Notes: generated by a model not told the origin, from the sequence alone. DNA of 64,000 bases from Octopus sinensis (GCF_006345805.1 NC_043008.1:58218001-58282000); one strand, 5' to 3'; counted from the first letter of the stretch, positions 49,776 through 63,124 are shown. Numbers and translations are program-made.

Positions 49776-50016
49776 CAAGAGTGCTAGACTTGTAGATCGT
49801 GCAGGCTTCGTAAGTTTTGTCTCTAATGGATATAAATTTGCATTTTTTAGTGGGTGAATGTAGACATCCATTAAAGCCATTACACTATTCATCTCATTTC
49901 TGAACTAACAAAATACCACTGCCAATTTAATTCTTACCAGGCAACTTAATGTGCATCCTAATCACCCTTTCTCACTAGATGAGCGTATATTTTTTATATT
50001 CTAAATATCAGCTAAG

Positions 50017-50273
50017 TGGAGGCGCGTGGCTTAGTGGTTAGGGTGTCAGCATCATGATCGTAAGATTGTGGTTTCGATTCCTGGACCGGGCGACGCGTTG
50101 TGTTCTTGAGCAAAGTACTTCATTTCACGTTGCTCCAGTTCACTCAGCTGGCAAAAATGAGTAACACTGCTATGTACTGACTTCTCGTCCAGCTGGGGTA
50201 CACATACGCCATTGAAACCAGGAAACCGGGCCCATGAGCCTGGTTAGGCTTTAAAAGGGCGCATAAAGTAAAA
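50017..50273 (+). mobile_element. CORE-type SINE + tail T1
   Basis: Same head/CORE as 47675, tail as 231-535; TSD TAAATATCAGCTAAG at 50002-50016 and 50274-50288. Confidence 0.92.
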
Positions 50274-51250
50274 TAAATATCAGCTAAGCTAAAAGTTCAA
50301 AATTTTGCAAGACTGGCTCTATCTTCATCAGCCCTCTTCCACCAACCATCATATTTTATTTTATAGAAAGTAAATATAATAAGGTCCATAGAGAATTTTC
50401 TTCATTGAAGGAGTTAGGGTCTAAAGCAGGGAATATATTTTTACATTTGAAGGAAACTAAAAACAATTTTTTATTAAATTACGACGTCAGCTGCAATATT
50501 TTAGCTTCCACATATTCTTGCCCTGTACGTTTCCATGTTCACTTAATTAAAAATATGATCGCTCTTGACTCAGCATTTGTCTTGTCCTCTTTTCAGTCCA
50601 AACTGCATCACTAGCTGTGAAGTGGTCAATATGACCATTAGCCGCACGTACTGCACTCTTATTCATATAGTAACAATATAATTGACATCAAACTCTCTCT
50701 GTTCACGATCTCCAAATAAAGCCTATCGCACGGCATAAAATCAAATGTACATAACCGACTTAAAGGAATGCAGAAGATTTGAAAGGACTAAGGTCAGGGC
50801 CCGTTGAGTTTTTAGTTTATTGCCCTATGACGTAATTGACTAGCAAAAGTGTTCATGTGTTCAATGTGCGATGGAAAGATTTTATTACTTCCTTTCAATG
50901 AGAACTTACTTCAACTAGCTATAAAGAATAGATATAAGATCTGGCAATATTCTCAGTGGAAATGGTTTTCGATTAACGGTTTTAATTATTATCCATTTTC
51001 CCTTACAATGCAATCTGGGTTTATAATTTCGTGTACTCTTTTACACCGTCTCTTCAGAATATATTTACATTTCACTTGCGTTTTAAATATCAGTTCAACG
51101 CTCTGTTTAAAAGCGAATGTAGACATATATTTATTTACAGTCTTAGTTTACCCATCATCAGTTTGTAAGAAAGCTATCTAAAATTGTATTTCGTTTTTGG
51201 ATTTGGTTTGCAAGATTCTTTATATGAGTTCGTGTGTTGAAGCATATTCT

Positions 51251-51481
51251 GTTGTGTCTGGGGAGAGTCATTCTCATTTAGTACATTATTATTTAACACA
51301 CTTACCGGTAAAATTTCCACATGTTTCTTATTTTTATTTTCTAAAGGGTCAAGAGTATTGAAAAGGTTGCAACACGCAACGAAAATTTTAGAAAATAAAA
51401 ATAAGAAATAAGTGGAAATTTTACCGGTGAGTGTATTGGATAATAAGACACTAAAAGAGAATGACTCTCCCCAGACACAAC
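51251..51481. repeat. Inverted repeat, 95-bp arms
   Basis: 51251-51345 vs 51387-51481, ungapped, 10 mismatches counted. Confidence 0.92.
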
Positions 51482-51990
51482 TGTCTAAAATTGCAGTTCT
51501 TTAAACTAAAAGCTAAACTTAGTGGTAGCACCTTACTTTCAGTATATAGAATAACGTGAGTAAGATTTCGTGATCGAATTTCAATCTCCGTATAACAACA
51601 GGAAAACAGGGGACCTAATCTAAAAGACACACGAAAATACGAATACCTGATCTATGATATAAATTCCGTTCTGTCTGTGTGTGTGTATGTGTGTAAAAGA
51701 TTATAACGGTCGTATTTTCATCTGATTTTCTCCGAACTGAGAACATACATTACTTACGTTCCACGGATGGTTTTAGACTCTTAAAAGTTTTCACATAATA
51801 CGTAACGGCCTGTCTGGGGGCAGAAAACACCCGTTCCTGGGTGCAAAGTTTTGTGTTTTTTTGTTGACGGAATTACAGATAAAAGTAAGTTCATAATTTA
51901 CAGAGAGAACTTCAAACATTTCTCTTAAATCCGTCCAATTAGTTAATTTCCCTGAAAAAAAGTCCTACATGGGCTTGTTTTTAATTTCAC

Positions 51991-52129
51991 CATTGGGAGG
52001 CCCTTCGGTGCTTTGATTAGAGTCCACTCTGGTGCATGCATACACATCAAATCTTGAGTTTGGAGTTACCATCTCTTTCACCAGGTACAAAGGCACTGTA
52101 AAGGGTCTCTCACACCTCCTTTGTCTCGG
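51991..52129 (-). CDS. Candidate internal exon, possibly the C-terminal half of a fibronectin type III domain
   Basis: Minus strand T-rich tract + TTTTAG acceptor, 139 nt, GTGAAA donor (weak). Only one open frame: PRQRRCERPFTVPLYLVKEMVTPNSRFDVYACTRVDSNQSTEGPPN. The FN3 resemblance is pattern recognition only. Confidence 0.4.
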
Positions 52130-52849
52130 CTAAAATATATAAAAAAATGTATTTGACATGGAAGTAAACATTGTCAGAGAACTTTAGTTGTAGCGTTAAT
52201 TAGATGCAGACAACGTTACAAATTGAAACTTGAGATGTCTTTTCACTTTTTATCCATTGATACTTTCACTTTGTGTATTTGCATAACGTTCTGTTCAACA
52301 AAAAGATAAAGATGGAAAAATATTTTACTTAAAAATCACAAATATAATAATAAAGAATACAGCCGTTAGATATTCAACTTTCACAATTCGTAAATATTAT
52401 GTCAACGTCTCTTGTATAAACGTTCGGTTGTTGAAATAATATCTAGTAAAAAAAAAACTTTAATTGCATTAACCGACAATTTTGGCATCTGAAGTAGTAG
52501 GAATTTTGTTGAGATGTAATTTAATATGGATTTAATTTCACCTAATTACACATCATCCACACAGACAAACAAACAAAGAAACAGAGAAAGATTCCCACAC
52601 ACACACACAAACAACAAACATAGACGAAAGTAGTTATGAAAAGGAAGCACATAGCGTTTTGTTATTAGTGTTTTGTGAATTCATTCTTCACTTCTGCTCT
52701 CTGAGGAATATACCATGAATATAGGCAATATCACATCCTCGAAAGATACTGTTATTTAAGTATTTTGCATTAACAACTTGATATTTGTTTGTTTTTCTAC
52801 CACATACATACATATACACACACGTACATACATAATCCAAATATTTCTT

Positions 52850-52922
52850 TATCTATCTGTCTGTCTATCTATCCGTCTGTCTGTCTATCTGTCTGTCTAT
52901 CTGTCTGTCTATCTATCTGTCC

Positions 52923-53016
<94 letters not shown>

Positions 53017-53034
53017 ATCTGCCTCTTTGCCTGC

Positions 53035-53101
<67 letters not shown>

Positions 53102-53129
53102 CCTATCTACCTTTCTTTCTTTCTTTCTT

Positions 53130-53203
<74 letters not shown>

Positions 53204-53219
53204 CCTTTCTTTCTTTCTT

Positions 53220-53261
<42 letters not shown>

Positions 53262-53262
53262 A
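52850..53262. repeat. (TCTG)n/(TCTA)n/(TTTC)n compound microsatellite
   Basis: Direct reading. Confidence 0.95.
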
Positions 53263-53459
53263 CCCATACATATCTATGTCTATCACATAAGAGATCTCTC
53301 CAAAAACAAATCGAACTTTTAAAATAGTTCGCCAATAAATTGTGGTTGTCCTTGATAATGGTTACAATGCCCCGCACAATTTGTATTTCATTTACCCGTG
53401 CTAGAATCAACGTACGTTTCTTAACCTTTACAACTGAAAGATGCTCTGGAAGAATGTGA

Positions 53460-53940
53460 TTATCTGAAATTCCTCTTCAAATCGAGAAAGAAAACCTTTC
53501 GGAGACGTTTCTTATTTCACAAGGGGCTAAATACAGATGAGACAAACAAGGACAGACAAAGGAATTGAGTCGATTACATCAACCCCAGTGCGTAACTGCT
53601 ACTTAATTTATCGACCCCGAAAGGATGAAAGGCAAAGTCGACCTCGGCGGAATTTGAACTCAAAACGTAAAGACAGACGAAATACTGCTAAGCATTTCGT
53701 CCGGTGTGCTAACGTTTCTGCCAGCTCACCGCATTCACTATTAGACGTTTCTAATATTGCAACAGTCCTAAGGAGAAGATGCCCTCAGTCGCATGCATCA
53801 GCGTTTCGAAGTGGTGAGAATATTCTCTAAATGGCGACTTCAAGTGTAGACCCAACTTGCATGACAACGGACGACGATCACATTGAAAAATTAAGTCCTG
53901 TGATCAAGGATAATAATCACTTGACACTCCGTGAATTTCA
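53460..53940 (+). pseudogene. Mariner transposase N-terminal remnant split by a SINE
   Basis: LKFLFKSRK..ETF|SINE|LILQQS*GEDALSR..NGDF..TTDDDHIEKL..VIKDNNHLTLRE resembles the mariner paired-HTH region. Confidence 0.7.
53513..53742 (-). mobile_element. Young SINE family C solo unit
   Basis: TSD AGACGTTTCT at 53503-53512 and 53743-53752. Confidence 0.9.
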
Positions 53941-55090
53941 ATTCCTTGCCAAAAAAATCCTAAGAGATGTACGAGGTGTATACGTGGATGTGTTCACAGA
54001 AAATTCAGACAAGCTTTTATATGAGATACATTCGAACTTTCTCATCAAGGCAAAAAAAAAAACGCAAATAAGAACAGCTTTCTCCAACTCATTGATTCAC
54101 TAGTACCAAACCCGGAGAGAGGGTGGTGGAAGTGAGATGAAATATGCTACCAGTAACAGTAATGGCGATACCCCAGTATGCGGCTGTAATATGGCCATGC
54201 TGGGGCACTGATATTAATGCGATATGATAGTTTATTTCACGTAAAACTTTGGAAAGTAAAAGTATGTGTACATGTATGCATGGATGTATGTATCTATATG
54301 TGTGTGTGTATATATATATATAAACAAAACATTTAACAGAAATATTTTCATGAATTGAACAGCAACTGCTAGCCTCCACTGATCATTCAAAATACTACAA
54401 CCATGGCACTCCTAAATTCTTCGTCTTCTTCCTCCCCTTCTCCTCCTCCTCCTCCTGCTCCTCCTCCTCCTTCTTCCCTACCAAGAATTCACAACGACCT
54501 CGAACCCACAAGAATAAACAAGAGAGTCAGAGACAGGCAGAAACAAGGAAAATGCCACTTATATTTGAACACTATAGAAATATTCTTTTAAAAAAACTTT
54601 TCTTTTAATTTTTCTAAATTTAATTATTTAATTGTTACAGTTGAAAAGGTCTCAATGACTGAAACCGGTACTGAAATGTTCTTTATAAAATTATTTTAGC
54701 ATTTTCTATCCTGACTTGTTTTTTCATATATATATATATATATGTGTATACACATATACACACACATATATCTAGTTTAATGTACATAGTATATAGTTAT
54801 GAGCTACTACTAGTTCCATATATTATCTAGGTAGGTTTTAAAGCACGCCTCGTGTCTCCCAGTAGTTTTCTGGCTCTGGGTACATGACCTACACAAGTAA
54901 CTTGCAGAAGCCATGCGACTAGTGTCTGAAGATTACTTTAAAATCTGCCTAAGTAATATCTTCACAGCATGAAACTATCAGTAGCTCATAACTATTTACT
55001 GTCTACATTAAACAATATTTATCTCCCCATCTGATGATGGAGTAATAATTTTCGTTAATCTTACCTTAACGGAAAAGTAAACTATATATA

Positions 55091-55512
55091 CAGGCGCAGG
55101 AGTGATTGTGTGGTAAGTAGCTTGCTTCCCAACAACATGGTTCCGGGTTCAGCCTCACTGCATGGCGCCTTGGATGAATGTCTTCTATTATAGTGACGGG
55201 CCGACCAAAGACTTGTGGTTAGATTTGGTAGACGGAAACTGAAAGAAGTCCGTCGTATATAAATACACACACACACACATATATGTGTGTGTGCGTGTGT
55301 ATGTTCGTGTGTCTGTGCTTGTCCCCCAATATCGCTTGACACCGGTCTTGGTGTGTTTATGTCCCCGTAACGTAGCGGTTCGGCAAAAGAGACGAGTAGA
55401 ATAAGTACTTGGCTCACAAAAAATAAGTCCTGGGGTCGATGTGTTCGATTAATGTCGCTGCTCCAGATATGGCCTCAGTCAAATGACTGGAACAATTAAA
55501 GGAATAAAAGAA
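55091..55512 (+). mobile_element. SINE family B (duplicated at 56062-56481)
   Basis: Full head-to-tail match to 5499-5902. Confidence 0.9.
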
Positions 55513-55555
55513 TATATATATGCATATCTATATATATATATGCATATATCTATAT

Positions 55556-55680
55556 ATTATTATTATTATTATGGCCGCCCCTCGTTATCGAGTATGGCCA
55601 TTGCACGAAGCTTAACTGTTTCCTGGTGCTGTGATCGAATGTGACTTTTTAGCCCACCCAAAGATCTACAATGTCTTGTA
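55556..55680 (-). mobile_element. RTE-like LINE 3' end with (AAT)n tail (duplicated at ~56525-56650)
   Basis: Minus translation CRSLGGLKSHIRSQH..MAILDNEGRP* resembles the terminal zinc-finger-like motif of RTE ORFs; followed by (AAT)n. Confidence 0.6.
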
Positions 55681-56786
55681 CAAATATATATATATATATA
55701 TATAATATATATATGTGTATACACATATACACACACATATATCTAGTTTAATGTACATAGTATATAGTTATGAGCTACTACTAGTTCCATATATTATCTA
55801 GGTAGGTTTTAAAGCACGCCTCGTGTCTCCCAGTAGTTTTCTGGCTCTGGGTACATGACCTACACAAGTAACTTGCAGAAGCCATGCGACTAGTGTCTGA
55901 AGATTACTTTAAAATCTGCCTAAGTAATATCTTCACAGCATGAAACTATCAGTAGCTCATAACTATTTACTGTCTACATTAAACAATATTTATCTCCCCA
56001 TCTGATGATGGAGTAATAATTTTCGTTAATCTTACCTTAACGGAAAAGTAAACTATATATACAGGCGCAGGAGTGATTGTGTGGTAAGTAGCTTGCTTCC
56101 AACAACATGGTTCCGGGTTCAGCCTCACTGCATGGCGCCTTGGATGAATGTCTTCTATTATAGTGACGGGCCGACCAAAGACTTGTGGTTAGATTTGGTA
56201 GACGGAAACTGAAAGAAGTCCGTCGTATATAAATACACACACACACACATATATGTGTGTGTGCGTGTGTATGTTCGTGTGTCTGTGCTTGTCCCCCAAT
56301 ATCGCTTGACACCGGTCTTGGTGTGTTTATGTCCCCGTAACGTAGCGGTTCGGCAAAAGAGACGAGTAGAATAAGTACTTGGCTCACAAAAAATAAGTCC
56401 TGGGGTCGATGTGTTCGATTAATGTCGCTGCTCCAGATATGGCCTCAGTCAAATGACTGGAACAATTAAAGGAATAAAGAATATATATATGCATATCTAT
56501 ATATATATATGCATATATCTATATATTATTATTATTATTATGGCCGCCCCTCGTTATCGAGTATGGCCATTGCACGAAGCTTAACTGTTTCCTGGTGCTG
56601 TGATCGAATGTGACTTTTTAGCCCACCCAAAGATCTACAATGTCTTGTACAAATATATATATATATATATATAATATATATAGAAAATAGTAAAAAGTGA
56701 AACAACTACAGAAGGCTTAAAGGTTAAAAAATATAGGTATTTGAGTCAATATGTCTGAAGAATATTAAATATATATATATATAGTT

Positions 56787-56968
56787 GGAATTAAAAAACA
56801 TAAAGAAAGCAAATGACGAAGACGGGTGTGTAAACAACAAACAGATGTATTAGTTTAACGCTCGGGATGTGAGAAAGTTTCGAGCCTACGCTGTTCAACA
56901 GAACGGAACATGGAAATAAACAGAGAGAAAATGAAAAAGGATTTATTGGCTGGCGATCAATCATGGCG
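56787..56968 (-). mobile_element. Family D element
   Basis: Minus: TTCTGTTGAACAGCGTAGGCTCGAAAC at 56877-56903; stem III/I 3' part deleted. Confidence 0.75.
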
Positions 56969-56996
56969 CATGACGACACAGACACACATAACATGG

Positions 56997-57120
56997 GTGG
57001 CTAATTCGCAATTTCACAACCCAAAGGCAGAAATATATACGTCACTAAAGTGAACAAGGACATTTCTTGCAATACTGATGCTAATTAATGCCCTTGGCTG
57101 TAAAATTGCGAATTAGCCAC
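56997..57120. repeat. Small inverted-repeat element (~33-bp arms)
   Basis: GTGGCTAATTCGCAATTT...AAATTGCGAATTAGCCAC. Confidence 0.8.
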
Positions 57121-57402
57121 AGATATTATTTATAATTTTCACACTGCCGTTTATGAAATCAGCATATGTTTTCAACAGAGAGCTTATAAGCTGATAAGGC
57201 GAGATGAGTTTAACCCTAGGCGCGGTGAGAGATAATGATGAGCATGAAGATCAGTTAAGCATTAGAATGTGAAATCATCGGAGATCTAGCTGTAACAGCT
57301 CATTAAACTAGTGTTTTTGTTTTGTGGCTATTGAGTTGTTTTGACTCCTATCTATCTCTCTCTATATATATATCATATATATAAATGACCATTCCGAAAT
57401 AT

Positions 57403-57433
<31 letters not shown>

Positions 57434-57438
<5 letters not shown>

Positions 57439-57660
57439 CAGTGAACAGGTCGCGGATATATATATATATTTTTGTCAGTGAACAGGTCGCGGATTTTAGC
57501 GACGAAAATATTTTGACAAATTAAACTTAAATGTTGAAGTGAATCGAACGGCTTTTGTGTGTTTCTTAAATGGCTTATAAACACCTACGCTGCAATTGTT
57601 TTCGTTTCAGCACACGATCTCAGATCAAATTACTTGCTATGCGAGTACATCTCCGTAATA
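57434..57660 (+). repeat. Second copy of the 45816-type element, with direct head duplication
   Basis: TTTGTCAGTGAACAGGTCGCGGA at 57434-57456 and again at ~57471-57493, then the body matches 45956-46135. Confidence 0.88.
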
Positions 57661-57675
57661 TATATACATATATAC

Positions 57676-58096
57676 TCTTTTACTCTTTTACTCGTTTCAG
57701 TCATTTGACTGCGGCCATGCTGGAGCATTGCCTATAGTCGAGCATATCGACCCCAGAACTTATTCTTTGTAAGCCTAGTACTTATTCTATCGGTCTCTTA
57801 TCGTATCGCTAAGCTACGGGGTTGTAAACACACCAGCATCGGTTATCAAGCGATGTTGGGGGGACATACACAGACACAAACACACACACACCACACATAT
57901 ATATATATATATATATATACATACATATATACGACAGGCTTCTTTCAGTTTCCGTCTACCAAATACACTCACAAGGCTGTAGTCGGCCCGAGGCTATAGT
58001 AGAAGACACTTGCCCAAGGTGCCACGCAGTGGGACTGAACCCGAAACCATGTTGTTGGTAAGCAAGCTTCTTACCACACAGCCACTCCTGCGCCTG
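57676..58096 (-). mobile_element. SINE family B
   Basis: Reverse-complement match to 5499-5902. Confidence 0.9.
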
Positions 58097-58163
58097 ATAT
58101 ATATATATATATATATATATATGATATTTATATATATATATATATGATATACTTATATATGTT

Positions 58164-58205
<42 letters not shown>

Positions 58206-58242
58206 ATATCATATATATATATCATATATATATAAATATATC

Positions 58243-58274
<32 letters not shown>

Positions 58275-58839
58275 CATATATATATTTATTAAATATATAC
58301 ATATATATATATCTATATATATATTCTTTTATTTTTCTACTTTTTTCAGTCATGTGACTGCGGCCATGCTGCTGCATACATTATACATTTACCATTTTTC
58401 TCAGTATATATTTGTATAGCACCTTCTATCACCTTACACATCACCCCTTCTTTCTCTTTCTCGTTTCATATACATATGTACATATATACATTTATGAACA
58501 TACTTACCTACCTATATATGCGCACACACACATACACACACATACATGATACCCATGTACACACATACGTACATACACATGTACATACACACATACATTA
58601 CACGTACATACACACACACATACATACTATATCCGCCAAACTTTCATAATCAGTTACGTCTTTCGTGTGAATTGTTAATTTCCTGCCTAACTTTTGCTTT
58701 TAATATATTTTAGATACACTTCGGGATGTTTACTCTATTTTTGCTAGCAGGGACATGAACAGAGACGCAAACACATACACACACGCACTCTCTCTTTCTC
58801 TCTCTGACCCAGACACTCAGTCATACAACATACATATTC

Positions 58840-58881
<42 letters not shown>

Positions 58882-58891
58882 TATAATATTA

Positions 58892-59144
58892 TTTTGGTTG
58901 GTGCATAATTATTGGGTTTCTTTTCAACAAATTTTATTCAACAAAACAATAATATATTTAACAAAAACATCTTCAAATGACGGTCTGACCGTCTGCCAAG
59001 CAATGGGAAACAGTAATTGAAGTAGATGGTGAATATACTCCGGGATAATCATTTTAAAATGTTTTTGTTACATGTTGTTATTGTCTTTGTTGAATAAAAT
59101 TTGTTGAAAAAAAAAAGCCGCAATAAGTAGGCACCAACCCAAAA
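58892..59144. mobile_element. Mariner (Hsmar1/MADE-like TIR) MITE
   Basis: TA flanks, ~60-bp imperfect TIRs starting TT(G/T)GGTTGGTGC; interior encodes LPSN/KWETVIEVDGEY-like transposase C-terminus. Confidence 0.85.
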
Positions 59145-59176
59145 TATATATATATGTATGTATATATATATATATG

Positions 59177-59255
<79 letters not shown>

Positions 59256-59589
59256 TATATTGCATATAATAAAAGAGAATACCACTTTATGAAAATCCAA
59301 TTTGGCAATTTGGCATCATTACGATTCTTGTGTTAAATTATAAATCTCTCAGTTATTCGTAATTTACCAAATCAATAATTCTTTAAAGTCACTGACCATT
59401 ACCATACGTTTCAAAAATTTCCCGGCCTGCTAAACTCAACAAAATTCGAATAATTCCGGAATAAATTTGGCGACGGGGAAATGAAACGTTGCGGTACCCC
59501 AAATACTTAACATCCATTAGAGAATTTTTATTTATGCCTAAATGAAAATTACTATGCTAAACGTTTTGGAAAATGTATTTCTATGTACT

Positions 59590-59590
59590 A

Positions 59591-59625
<35 letters not shown>

Positions 59626-59845
59626 TTATCTCTGTCTCTACCTACCTACCTACATACCCACCTACCTACCTACCTACCTACATACCTACCTACCTACCTA
59701 CCTACCTACCTACCTACCTACCTACCTACCTACCTACCTCCCTACCCTTCTCTCATCTCTCCTCTCTCCCTCTCTCTTCTCTCCCTCTCTCTTCTCTCCC
59801 TCTCTCTTCTCTCCCTCTCTCTTCTCTCCCCTCTCTCTTCTCTCC
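59590..59845. repeat. (TCTG)n, (CCTA)n and 15-bp CT-rich tandem repeat
   Basis: Direct reading. Confidence 0.9.
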
Positions 59846-59854
59846 ATCACTCTC

Positions 59855-60200
59855 TTCTGTAGTAACAAGTTTGTGTCTCAGCCATGTGATTCCAGGTTCA
59901 GTCCACTTTAAGGCAAGTGTTTTCTGCTATAGCTCCGGGCTGACCAAAGCCTTGTGAATAGATCTGGTGGACGGAAACTGAAAGGAACCTGTCATATGTG
60001 TGTGTGTGTGTGTGTGCTTATGTTTGTTACCCATCACCGATCACCGCTTGACAATCAGTGTTGGCTTCTGTATGTCCTTGTAACTTCGCAGTTCCGAAAA
60101 AAAAAATACCTGTTAAATAAGTACGAAAATGACGAAGTGAGTACTGAGAAGGTTAAATTGTTCAAGGCGGTTCCGCAACATGACCCCAGTTCAAGGATGT
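59855..60200 (+). mobile_element. Degenerate SINE family B
   Basis: GGTTCAGTCCAC..GGCAAGTGTTTTCTGCTATAGC..GACCAAAGCCTTGTGA. Confidence 0.75.
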
Positions 60201-61224
60201 GAAGCATTTAAAGGGTAAACAGCAAAACTAAACATTTAACAAATCAAAACAGATATTTAACTAACCAGCAACTTTATTCTTCCAACGGAAAACGTGTTTT
60301 GCAGGCCTGAAGCATACAGATACCTTCGCAATTACGTAACGTAAAACGAGTTAATATTATTGTAAACCTTTTACGAATGAATAAAATGTTTAAATCTCGC
60401 TACACCTTCGATTTTATTGAAGGAAATGGTTTGGCTTTAAGAAAAAATAGTTACTTCGCCGGATGATAGTTTTCGTTGTGATATTTTTATCAGGTTTGCG
60501 TGAAAGCTGAAAGAAATAACAATAAAAGCCAAGCATTTCCAATAAGGATTTTGTACAAGAAATTCTTTATTTCTCCGTTATGCTCAAGAAATTCTTTATT
60601 CTTCCATTATTGCAAACATCACCTCTTCACAATTTTAAAAGAATAAAGCAATGTCGTTTTATTGGCAATATCGAAATATCTATGTTCTTATGATGTTGTA
60701 ATCTTTAATACCGAAAAATAAAATAAAAGAAAAGAAAAAGAAGATAGGAGGTGGAACAATTTCCTGCGTCAGGAAAAAAATATGTTCAATAACGGTTCAC
60801 AAAATGGAATTGGATAGGTATGAGCGGAGAAGAAATATATTTATAATGTTTTGGACGGTTGTAAACGGGTTTGAAGAGAGTATAAGATAAACAGAAGATA
60901 TGGAGTGCAGGCAAGATTAACGTGGATATAGGTTCATTATTCACATGGCATAGTGAAAAAAACCAAAAAAAAAAACAAAACAAAAAACAAAAAACAAACA
61001 AAAAAACAACAAAAAGCACTAAATAAAAACAAACAAAATACAAATGAAAAAGAAAATGGAGAAAATGACGGAAAGGGAAAGATCAGAGCAGGCGAAGACG
61101 TAAATTAATACAAGAATAACTACTATATATACTTACACACTCACAAACGCATATTCACTCGTTTATATATATGTTCACCCTGAATTATATATCCTCACAT
61201 ATTTCTTGATGTTTCGAAATTTAC

Positions 61225-61225
61225 T

Positions 61226-61269
<44 letters not shown>

Positions 61270-61273
61270 ACAC

Positions 61274-61341
<68 letters not shown>

Positions 61342-61477
61342 TACATACACATATATACACACATTAATACACGCAGTTCATATATACTCTGTATATGTGC
61401 ATAAATGTCATCCTTGTATACTTTACATATTTACTTGTGTTTTCATGCAAATCTATCTATCTGTCTACCTACCTTCC

Positions 61478-61572
<95 letters not shown>

Positions 61573-61575
61573 ACT
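61225..61575. repeat. (CA)n and (TCTA)n microsatellites
   Basis: Direct reading. Confidence 0.92.
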
Positions 61576-62609
61576 ACCTAGCTAGCTATCAACGGTGAAT
61601 TTCGAAGCCAATAAAGCTACAAATAATAGAGTACCACTATTGGGTTAAAAACCCTTTGAATAGAAAGGGGCGATGAGTACTCGTGCAGCACGAATCCACA
61701 TCTCTTTTAAAAATGACAGGAATTTTAACATTAGCTTTCTGGTTTATTTTTTATCCAAACATTTTAAACCCTATATTTACGCGCTATTTCTTATACCTTC
61801 ATTTGCTTCGACATTTGTGAGGTTTCTAAATTATTATGATGTTTTACTATTAACAGATTACGTAATTTTACTTACGCAATTATCCGCAGATCTTCAGTGT
61901 GACCGTCCATACAAATATATATATCTTAATATATAAAATACCCTATCTGTGTATGTCCTCTATGCAAGTTTAACTTCTGGATCAATCTGGAACATACTTT
62001 GGTTACATGAATAATTTGACGTTGGAAAGAATAATACGGTCTTGATTTATTTATTTATTTTATTAAAAATAAATAATATTGCTCTCTATATAAAGATTCA
62101 CTTCTTCAAATCGTTTTCTCAACTTCCTGTGTCTGGACCTCCTGTCTTTGGCGTCCTGACCAGCTATTTACACACGTGCATATGTATACATTATTACAGT
62201 TTTGACGATTTCTGATAAAAAAAGAATTTCTAAAGGTATTTTAATACCAGTAAAAAAAAAAATTTCATACGGAGCTAGACGCCTTTTTCTCAATTAATTA
62301 AATCCCATCGACTTATTAACACTTTCACTTAACTGTTTTGCCAATGTCAACGTAGTAATTAAGTAACCAGCTATTTACACACACGCTCACACGTATGTAT
62401 ATATCATTACAGTTGTGACCATTTCAGATAAAAAAGAATTTCTAAAGTTACTTTCATCTTTTTAAATTCTCTCCGGCTTTCTATTTGTCTAAGATATACA
62501 CCTATGTGAGTGTAAGAAACAATTTCATACGGAGATTTTATTTAATTGATCAATTATCAACAGGAAATAACTACAGATTTCTCTCTCCACACCGAATGTG
62601 GATGATGAT

Positions 62610-63124
62610 AACTTTCAGGAAAATGGATATTTTTTAATGAAAATTCCCACAAATATGTGTTATATCATGTAGATTCAGAATATACAAATTTGTTTTTGGG
62701 GAAAGTGTTTTAGAAGGGGTGTGGGACGATTTTCGGAAAATACACCGGAGTCCACATCAATTTGCTTAACTTTCAGGAAAATGGATATTTTTTAATGAAG
62801 ATTCCCACAAATATGTGTTATATTATGTAGATTCAGAATATACAAATTTGTTTTTGGGGAAAGTGTTTTAGAAGGGGTGTGGGACGATTTTCGGAAAATA
62901 CACCGGAGTCCACATCAATTTGCTTAACTTTCAGGAAAATGGATATTTTTTAATGAAATTGTCTACAAATATACCTCGGACTATGTAGATTCCGAGCATA
63001 TTGGAATTTTGGGAGAAAACAACTGGGGACCATTTTTGCGAACTCTTCCCCAATTGGGGGTGTTTCGGAACAAGTCGTCTATATTTGCTACATTTTCTCT
63101 ATTTTGTGCGTTTATGCATCCGTA
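62610..63124 (+). repeat. 158-bp tandem repeat plus unique end; left arm of a large inverted repeat
   Basis: ACTTTCAGGAAAATGGATA at 62611, 62769 and 62927. Confidence 0.92.

Larger units (their letters stand above)
54725..56680. repeat. Near-identical ~970-bp tandem duplication
   Basis: Offsets 971, 970 and 969 bp along the unit; only two 1-bp homopolymer indels noticed; bounded by (TA)n. Confidence 0.95.

Noticed and set aside
53831-54103. 90-aa ORF as a host gene
   Set aside because: Its N-terminal part is better explained as a frameshifted mariner transposase remnant.
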